NCBI GenBank assembly: GCA_964304625.1
Contig: OZ199838.1
Location: forward strand, 11,882,524-11,946,523
Length of the DNA stretch: 64,000 nucleotides
Origin: Kudoa neothunni
Taxonomy: Eukaryota; Animalia; Cnidaria
Direction: 5' to 3'
The position numbers were made by a program, and so were the translations under genes. Shown here in pieces: positions 55,133-64,000 of the stretch. The notes beneath the pieces were generated by a model. That model searched no databases. It had not been told where the DNA came from and saw only the letters and a program-made list of their open reading frames with translations. The first letter of the stretch is position 1, and each line of letters begins with the position of its first letter.

Positions 55133-58100
55133 CCTTCTAAATAAAAATGGGGTATAAATCGACCCCAGGTTTTTTTGGTAATATAATAAGAAATAATATT
55201 TATATTTGAGGTTTAAGGAAATTTAATCGATAAAACATTGAATAAATAACAATATATTAGTGGTTATCGTGTGTCGCGCAGGCGTCGCAGTTCAAACTTT
55301 GAATCCTTCTTCTGATTATTGCGATAGTTGCTCCGATTTTGATGATCTTTATGTTGAAAATTCACTTCTCCATGAAATCGCATCTGACACATCCGATGGT
55401 GACGTTGAATTGGCCACCGATTCTTTGCTTGACAAAAATGAAATTTTGTGGTCAGTTAATAAATCTATAATTTCAAGAACTGGATTAGAAAATATTTCGA
55501 ATATTCGTCCTGATGTGTCACCTTTCGCGTTATTGAGAATGACCAATTTTGGTGATACTTTCCGACTATTTTTGAATCAAGAAGTTTACGATCTGATCCT
55601 AAAATTTACAAATTTTGTTGGTGCTAATCACCCGGGCAGAAGTTGGAATAATTTAGATGAAACCGAATTTGAGGGTTATATTGGATGCCTATTGTTAATG
55701 GCTATTCATAAAGATCGGCAGGAACCCATTGCGGAGTTATTTGGAGTTGACGAAGGCCGACAAATTCATAGAGATCTTTTTTGTCTTAATAGATTCAGGA
55801 AAATTACAAGGTCTCTCCATTTGAATGATCTGGCAACTCGAGAGCTGAGAAAAGAGTCTAATAAATTTTTCCATATTGGGGACGTATGGACTATTTAGGG
55901 CTGTGTTTCTCTACAAATTTTACACCCGTACCCCCATCCTAATTTCCGCGTTCGTTTCGCATCCCCTCCCCCATGTGAATGCCCACACTTAATTATACTT
56001 TTTATTTAAATGCGAAAATACTAATACCAATAAAAAATGTCTTAAAATTAAAATTTTTATTATCTTAGTTTATAATTTAACTTCAAATTTTCCCATTTAC
56101 ATCTGAAATAAATTAAAACCGAAATGTTTTGGTTAACTCACTTTGCTATGTTTAATTGAAAAAGGATCACCATTATCTTTTCACTTCTCATGACTTAACA
56201 CTCAATGATTGGAGCAGTTATTCATTCTTGCTTATATATACCATTTTTATGTAAAGTAATGAATAATTCTAATAAATTATGTTATTATAATTATTCCAAA
56301 ATATTAGTAGATGTAAAAAATAAATATAAACGTAATACTAAACTATACAAAGTATGGTCGCTTAAATAAATTTTGTACTTTAAGGTGAAAATTAAATGAG
56401 CCAAATAAAAATAGCCAACTCGTATAGTTCATAAAAAAGATTATTTCGAAATCAATTGTTATTTAGTATTTAATTTGATCTGGAGGCTCTCTTGCTCTCG
56501 CCGGTTTTTTATAAGTAGTTCAAAGCAGGACAGTTTGTTGGACTATGAAACATGAAAATCGTTTTAGGGGTTTATTGAATTCCAATACTTATTATTTTTA
56601 TATAATGAAGTCGATAAGCTTGTTTCATATGATATCTTGTACTGACTAAATCTTGCGACTTCTTTATTCTATATTGAGTCATACGTTAGTTTTTTTTGAG
56701 GCAGTGGGTTAATAAAAATTCAATAGATTCAAAAATATGCTTTCTAAATATACCTGACTAAAATAACAAACGTATATTGTTCAAATTGGCATTCATTTAT
56801 TTATGTGTATGGATGAATGATTTGATCCTTGTTTTACCTATACTTTAAAGAACAATTTAACTTAGATTTATATCAGAGGCAAGGTACCAATTCGAAAGTA
56901 AAACTTGAAACGTAGCATAATAAAAACTATGAAATTAAATGATGGATATCAAATTTAGACAGAAGACGAAGTTAAAATTAGACAGTGGTTCTATTTTTAT
57001 AGATATAGATTATTTCTAAGTAGACAAAAATGTTGACAACCTAATTACAGCTTAAGCATATAAATATGTTATTTTGAAAGAAAACAAAGTTACGATTTTA
57101 CATGAAAATAGTGATAGTTAGATTTTGTAAATTGAACAGGCTTAATATAAACTATTACATTACTGCGCTATTTCGTAGAATCAATTAGAGTCAATTATAA
57201 ATTAAATAAATTATCATTCCCCGTTTTTGGAATCGAAACTAAATGATATCAAAACAACAAGAAATATTATTGCACGCATTACGTCAATACATGATTTAAA
57301 CAGGGACTAACGAAAATTACGAAGTGAATAAATTAAGATTAATTTTTAAATTTATTCTAGAATGACTCCCGCACCCCTGTAGGGAAACACTGATTTAGAG
57401 TGATTTGCTTACACGTAGTTTCCGCCCATTTGAGCAATACATGCCTAGAAAACCAGCCAAATATGGTATTAAATTTTTTCACGTAGTTGATCCTAGATCA
57501 ACCTACGTATCTAATATCGACGTCTGTTTGGGAGAGCAGAATCAGTTAGATAAAAAGGCAACAAACGTCAGAAAAAACATAGTATTGAAGTTAACTAACC
57601 CACTGTACGATTCTGGTCGAAATTTGATTTGTGATAACTTTTTCACGTCTGTGGAACTGGCCGACGAACTGCCAAGAAACAAACTAACCTTACTTGGGAC
57701 ATTGAGGTCTAATATAAGAGAGATTCCGTCATATTTAGGATCATTGAAATATGCTCCTGTCAAGTCTTCTCTTTTTGCGTTTGATGGTATGATGACGATT
57801 TTAAGGTACTTGCCCAAGAGAAACAAACCTCTGCAACTAATACCAACGTTTCCGAAGAAGAGCCTACAAACCTGATGTAATAGTCCATTATAACTCTGCG
57901 AAGGAGGAGTTGATACTATTTCTCGAACACTTGCATCGGTAAGTGTAAGATGATTCATTAGACGCCGGCCCCTGATTGTATTCTTCAACATGGTTGATAT
58001 TTCATTGATAAATAGGTTTTCATTTTACAAAGAAATATTTCATCAAGCCAACATAAGCAGGAAAAATTGTTTAAAAAGGATGGCTGAAGAGTTGATAAGC

Positions 58101-58627
58101 GTTATAAAAACGCGAAGAAAAGGAGACAATTTAGCTAGCATACTTGTGAATAACGCTCCAAAAAATCCGATTCAAAGGTGTCAATTGTGTGAAAGAAAAA
58201 AAGATCATAGAACCCCAGCAAAATGTCATAGTTGCAACGTGCCATGTTGTAGAAAACATTCTAAGACTTTTTGTTTGAATTGTTTATGATACTATTTCTG
58301 TTATTCAACATCTTGTCTCATTTATATCGAGAAAAAATTTGTTTAATAATTTTTTAACTATTTAAAATATTAGAAATTAAGAATAAATGAAATTTTAAGC
58401 GCATATACTAAATTTTTCTTATTCTAGATATAATTAAATCATTGAAAAATTAAATTCTCCAATTGACGGCGCATGCGTACTGTGGCATTAGCAATTTTAT
58501 TACGCTTTTTTGCAATACTTTGTCGATGGATATTGCTTAAAATTTGATTAAACAGTTCAATTTATATTTACTATGCAAAAATTAAAAAAATATGGGGTCA
58601 AAGTACACCCTAATTTTATTTGGAGGG
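55133..58627 (+). mobile_element. Full-length but dead piggyBac element, interrupted by a hAT MITE
   Basis: 35-bp TIRs (55133-55167 and 58593-58627) match 27/35, with TTAA on the left and a degenerate TGTAA on the right. Transposase fragments: EFEGYIGCLLLM, QYMPRKPAKYGIKFF, GRNLICDNFFTSVELA, LLGTLRSN, HYNSAKGGVDT, and the Cys-rich RCQLC...KCHSCNVPCCRKHSKTFCLNC. Confidence 0.93.
55901..57392. mobile_element. Non-autonomous hAT (Buster-type) element
   Basis: TIRs CTGTGTTTCTCTACA and TGTAGGGAAACACTG match 13/15. The 8-bp TSD ATTTAGGG/ATTTAGAG fits nnnTAnnn. Confidence 0.85.
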
Positions 58628-59202
58628 TGTAATTTTTCAAGCTATTTAGGTTATGTTATTTTTAAGCTCGATCGATTGTGATAATCATCGGAAAAGTTAG
58701 TTGACCGGGAAACGTGTTTTCTCATATCTCAATTTGTAAAGCGCGCCAATATTTTTAAATTAAAACTAGCATGCTACTTATATCGCAAAAGTATCGTTTG
58801 GGGACTCCATGATTAATTCATTTATCCGATAGCGTTAATCTTTTTGATCACATGTTAATAACTACGGAGTATTGAAAAGGTTAATGTTTACATGGTTAAA
58901 ACCCATAAGATTTAAATAGTTTATCCACCTTTTTGGAATATGAAATTATGGAAGATTTAAAATAGCATTAAACTGACACTATAACATTTATATATATATA
59001 TATATATATAACGATTACATGCATTGGTTAAAAGTAAAATTAGAAGAATATGAATTGTATTGCGAGCAAGTGTGAATATCCATAAAGATCATTTTTGTTC
59101 TGCGCGTAAATTAAACCTTTGAAATTAATATACAAAGTAGAGCGCAAAACAGAGTTTGAATTGAGGCTGTTCGCTTGGAGCCGATTGCACTTTTCTAGAG
59201 AA

Positions 59203-59739
59203 ATGAGTCGATATGAACCGGATGACCATTCAGATGATTCTGGAATTGACGAGGAATACCAAGGAGATTCATCGGATGTGTCTGAAACACCGAACAGGAA
59301 TTTTACCTTTCGTGAAAATATATCTTATAGATATTTCATTAGACATTGTCGTAATCCATGGATTGACGTTGAACGATTGACGAGGATTTTTATGATTTCA
59401 AATTATACTAAAACTATACAGGTTTTAGTGAATAATTGGAGGGAACTAAGACCTATTGTAAATCATTATTTTATCGTCAGAGGTACAACGTACAGAAGCA
59501 TAAAGAACTTTATTTTTACTTTGAAGCATGCAATGTACAGTCAGGACCAAAGAAAGGAATTAAGGGAATTTCTTGAACGATTCTTTTATGATAGATCAGC
59601 CAGACCACCTAGCTTCATCAGGCTGAATGAAGCTAAAAATTATTATGGTTTTTTGGGATCGAACAGACATGGGGCCATGTTGGTTGCAATAAAAAGAATG
59701 ATTTACAAATTTCGAACTAATCGATTAGATAATCAATAA
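59203..59739 (+). CDS. Intronless orphan ORF (178 aa; acidic N-terminus, basic/aromatic C-terminal domain)
   Basis: Uninterrupted 537-nt ORF from ATG 59203 in AT-rich DNA, with AATAAA overlapping the stop. No family recognised. Confidence 0.6.
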   Translation: MSRYEPDDHSDDSGIDEEYQGDSSDVSETPNRNFTFRENISYRYFIRHCRNPWIDVERLTRIFMISNYTKTIQVLVNNWRELRPIVNHYFIVRGTTYRSIKNFIFTLKHAMYSQDQRKELREFLERFFYDRSARPPSFIRLNEAKNYYGFLGSNRHGAMLVAIKRMIYKFRTNRLDNQ

Positions 59740-60418
59740 AAAGATATTATTATTATTGTAAATCTATTATTGTCTTTTTTGCGACGCGTGAAAGTAAATC
59801 ATAAATATATATATATATATATATTTGGAGGAATCAGGTTGGTCAGTAATAAAAATTCGATATTATTCCTGTGATGTTTTAACGTAAATTGATGGATTAA
59901 CTAAGGGAAATAATATAATTCGATAGTAAAATTTGAGTATAAGAGACTAAATTAACTAATTTTTTATGGGATAAATGCTAACATTGATGATAATTTGTCG
60001 TAATAATGGATTATTGGTTGTTATCCAGTAAATCAAAAATATATAAAGTTAAAGGTATACTGATAGATTTTAGAGAGGGTTAGAATAAACAGTTTAGATT
60101 AAGTGAGATTAATCAGGTGTTAGTAAAGCTGAACTGGTGGTAATAACAAGTGAGATTTTTTCATAAATCCACATAGGGAAGAAACCGAAATGAGTAATTC
60201 GAAGGATACCTTTTTAAATTGAGACTGAGGTAGTTTGACTTAAATTCTTCAAATAAAAAATTGATTTATTAGTCACTCTTATTTTTTGTACTATCTAAGG
60301 AATAATTCATTTTTTAATTTCTTCGTTTTTCGCGATATATAATTTTTTTGTCGATTCTTTGGAGAAAATATAATTGTTTAATTTTTGTAATCGATATTAG
60401 AATCAGCTGGGATATAAG

Positions 60419-62518
60419 TAGAGCATGTAATTTTTGATTTTCGTCGATTTTAATCGTCGAATATATATATATATATAAAATCGACGTTTATTTTCTTTGG
60501 GATTTATGGGGTTTCACGACATTTAAACATATGGCAAGAAAAGAAGACCATTAGTTAGTTTTTTGGACGAATGGACGTTTCTTGAAACAATTGACAATGT
60601 TATGGTGCACAAATGCCGCAAAGTTAACCTGCCAGCACAACAGAATAGAATAAAGGAGCATTCAGCGTAAAAAAACATAATTGATTAATTTGTCAAAACA
60701 TACGTATCCGTTACCTATTTCTTTTTATAGAGATCGAAATGATGATGAAATGGAAATCGATTTAGTTTATATGGTAATTTGTGGTGGACTATCTTTAAAT
60801 CCATTGCGAAGTGTACTCCCCTGCGTAACTTTATTACAAAACACTGCCCTATCACACGATCTTCATCTGACGATAGACTATTATTTGACAAAAATGTTGA
60901 AGCATTGACGCTTATATTGAGAAATATGCGGATTACATTAAAGATTGAGGAGACTGCGGATTTCAAAGATCGGTCAATGTTTCATACTTTAGAGTATTTC
61001 TATGATCACTTGTTGGATAAAAAAGGGTCTTTATGTTTGATTTCACGATTTTACATGCATGCAACTCAGTGATTATTTCCAATCATATTTCTCAAGTGAT
61101 AACAAAATACAAACTCGATTGGAACAATTGTTTGGCTATTATATCATATTCAGCATCATGTATGATAAAATATTACAAAAATATTGCATTGTTACATTCA
61201 GATATCGTAAGAGTTATTTGTTTCTCTCATTTGATTCATCTTTCAATTCAAAAAACTATCAGACATATTTCCTCATGTAAGACTTTTTTGCACGAAATTT
61301 TCGGCACTTTATTCAAAAAAACAGACGTGCTACGAAGGTTATTATGTATCATATAGCAAAACATGATATCGAATATTTAAAAGAAATACCCCGTGTAAAT
61401 GACTGCAGATGATATAGTGTCTCTACAATTGTGTTAATGAAATATTGAATTATATCCCTGCTGTTATTGATTTCTTGGTTGATAAAGAAAGTCAAAGTTT
61501 TACTTCTAAACTTGCTATTGAAATTTATCTAAGCGTTTCTTCACTCAAAGAATTCTTTATTTATTTTAAAGTCATTATCGAAACATTCAATCCAATTAAC
61601 AAATTTTCAAAGTTTATTGAATATGAGAATGCAATGACTTGTACAAGTGTATTCGAATGGATATCATCAACGTTCCAAATTGATAAAACTTCAATAATAT
61701 TGTCTCAAGATCAAACCCTTTCTGAATGGAATTTTAAGGAGAGAGAAGCCATCACAGTTAAGTTGAATTTTTATATTGATAAATTAATATTGAATCTCAA
61801 TGAGATAATATGTAAAAAACGTACGATTGTTCCCCATCTTCAACGTTCATGAAGACCGTCAAGAACCTTCATACAGCCAAAAATATGAATTTCAAATCAA
61901 TAAATATACGTGATATTGCGAAATTCTTAAGTATAGAACAAAGAAAATGAATAAAAGTTCAACTTCAATTATTATCCTCCTTAAATGAAACAGATGTGAA
62001 TAGTGATTCATACTTTTGGATCAACAAGAGAAGATTGGTCCCTGTATCATCAAAAATAGCGGGGGATATTTTGTCAATTCCTATCCTACTACTTCGATCG
62101 TTGTTGAAATAAGCTTTTCAGAAACGAGGCATTTATTCACACAATATGGATCTTCACTCTCAAAAGAAAAATGCTCAATGATCATGCAGCCATATTACAA
62201 TGAAGACATTAAATTTTAATAATTGATATTATTATTGATATTTTATTTATTTTTCTGGATTTTAAATGACATTAAATTTATGCATATAATTATATTATTT
62301 TCTATCAGTTATTAATTTTCGTTATAATAAAATAATATTTTTGATATTTATCTAATTAAATCATGTAATTTTGATAACCAATTAATTTGTACATTATATG
62401 TAGATGTTCGGACTTTTCAACAAACCTCCAAATGGTTGCATTAATCCTTGTTATGAGAAAAACGTCGATTTCAATCGAAGATTTTTGTAAAAATTAGCGT
62501 AGAAAATTACACGCTCTA
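60419..62518 (+). mobile_element. hAT transposon with decayed transposase
   Basis: TIRs TAGAGCATGTAATTTT and the reverse complement TAGAGCGTGTAATTTT match 15/16. The 8-bp TSD GATATAAG is perfect (60411-60418 and 62519-62526). Remnants: IEETAD, AIISYSASCM, ICFSHLIHL (CxxH), and PTTSIVVEISFS (an eroded ERxFS). Confidence 0.92.
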
Positions 62519-62668
62519 GATATAAGTAACGAATTTATTCATTTAATCTATATAATGAAAGTTTATTATATTGTTTTCCTGGTAGAAGTTATCTTTCACG
62601 GTTAAAGAAATGTTAAAATTTCAAATTCTTTTAAAATAAGAGTGAAACGCTATCAATAATATAGAATA

Positions 62669-62710
<42 letters not shown>
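62669..62710. repeat. Compound (AC)n(AT)n microsatellite
   Basis: An AC run followed directly by an AT run. Confidence 0.9.
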
Positions 62711-63029
62711 GAAGCCTTTAGTTTCATACTATTTCACAAGAATACGTTGAATGCAAACCATTTATATAAAAAGTAATTTAAATGCGTTTTATTCATTAGT
62801 AACAGACTTAATTTAATAAAATATCACGACTGGTTACAAAATTTAATGTTAAAACAGCTAATTATTAGTTACAATATTATTTATTAATAGCTTAATAGAG
62901 TTGATATAGTAATAGAGTACGAAAATCACAAAATTAATTCGTTCATATTTTTTTTCTATTTGGTATTTTCCACACGTGATATAGATATTTGATTTGAACT
63001 TTAAATGTTTGATCTGAGATTGTATATAT

Positions 63030-63620
63030 CAGGGGCGGCCAAACCATGGCTCACGAGCCACATGTGGCTCTCGAAAAAAATTTTGTTAGTTGAATTTTTT
63101 TTTAATCAACCAACACGTTAATTCAGAGAAGTACTTAGTTTAAACTATTTAATCAAGCGAGGAAATTAAATCTTTAATCAGGAACTAAATAATATTTTTG
63201 ATTAGAAAACATAGTTACAAACTACCGTATAATTCTAATATTTGAAGCAAATTGGAATTATTACTAATTTCATTAGGCGATATATTTAGAACTAGTGTTT
63301 ATCCATTATCAAAATAATAGATATCGAAAGTATAAAACATTCATTAAAGCTTTAAACATGATTCATAATTCCAACTCATCAAAGGAATTGTGGAAATAGG
63401 TTCTAGAAACTAAATACTCAAAGTTAAAAGAAATTCGCCTCAAACTTGTTTCTATATTTGGAACAACTTATTGTTGTGAGTTTATTTCTTCGGCGATTAA
63501 ATTTGTAAAATTGAAGCATCGCGGATCCCTTCCTCACAAGCAAACACCTGACGGAACTAATTCGTACAGCGTTAAAAGCATACAAACCGGATTACCGTCA
63601 GCTCACTGATAATGCAGAAA
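63030..63620 (+). mobile_element. Internally deleted Buster/SPIN-type hAT element (right end not seen)
   Basis: Starts CAGGGGCGGCCAAAC after GTATATAT (nnnTAnnn). The C-terminal transposase remnant KYSKLKEIRLKLVSIFGTTYCCEFISSAIKFVKLKHR resembles the Buster motif FGSTYLCE.FS. Confidence 0.82.
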
Positions 63621-64000
63621 CATAAAGAACTTGAAACATTAGAAACAATTTCTAAAAAAAACGAAAGCATTAAATTCATGTGTTATTACTTTATTCGTAA
63701 ATATTTAATTTTATTTTTTGTTCGACTATCATACATGATTAAATATGGAAAATATTTTATTATTTTTGCGACCTTTTTCATAGAGAAAAAGATTCTTGAA
63801 CCATTAACTACAAATGTACTTTTATGGAAAAAACATAAATTATAACTATAAAAATTATATGTAAGCTTTTTAGGGATTCATTGAATGAGAACAAATTAAA
63901 AAGCCTATAGTTATAATTCTACAACATTTTATCTTCATATTTACCAAAAATTAAAGTTTTAAATAAGGAAGAGGTATATATAATGATTCTGTATATAGTG

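Overview
AT-rich eukaryotic DNA in the standard genetic code, not prokaryotic. Genes are divergent and animal-like, with mostly 40-70 bp GT-AG introns; a reduced parasite such as a myxozoan is a guess, not established. Host genes I could assemble by hand: an orphan type-I surface protein, RPB1/POLR2A (5 exons, about 1866 aa, with no canonical YSPTSPS heptad), NTMT1, a guanylate kinase with three frameshifts, a RAP1/TERF2IP-like BRCT+Myb protein, dUTPase, a divergent GSK3-like kinase, ZNHIT6/BCD1, CRYZL1, prefoldin 2, and an intronless orphan ORF between two (TA)n tracts. Between the genes lie decayed and often nested DNA transposons: piggyBac, Buster-type hAT MITEs, another hAT, pogo/Tigger, MULE, Merlin/IS1595-like and a non-autonomous Helitron. 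Many still show recognisable TIRs and TSDs. The most notable observations are the heptad-less Pol II CTD, a recurrent NRF1-like GCGCAYGC motif near start codons (one copy lies inside the NTMT1 coding exon upstream of RPB1), the broken GUK1, and reciprocal piggyBac/hAT nesting that includes a Merlin transposase between piggyBac-type ends. All calls come from manual translation and motif recall; no searches were run.
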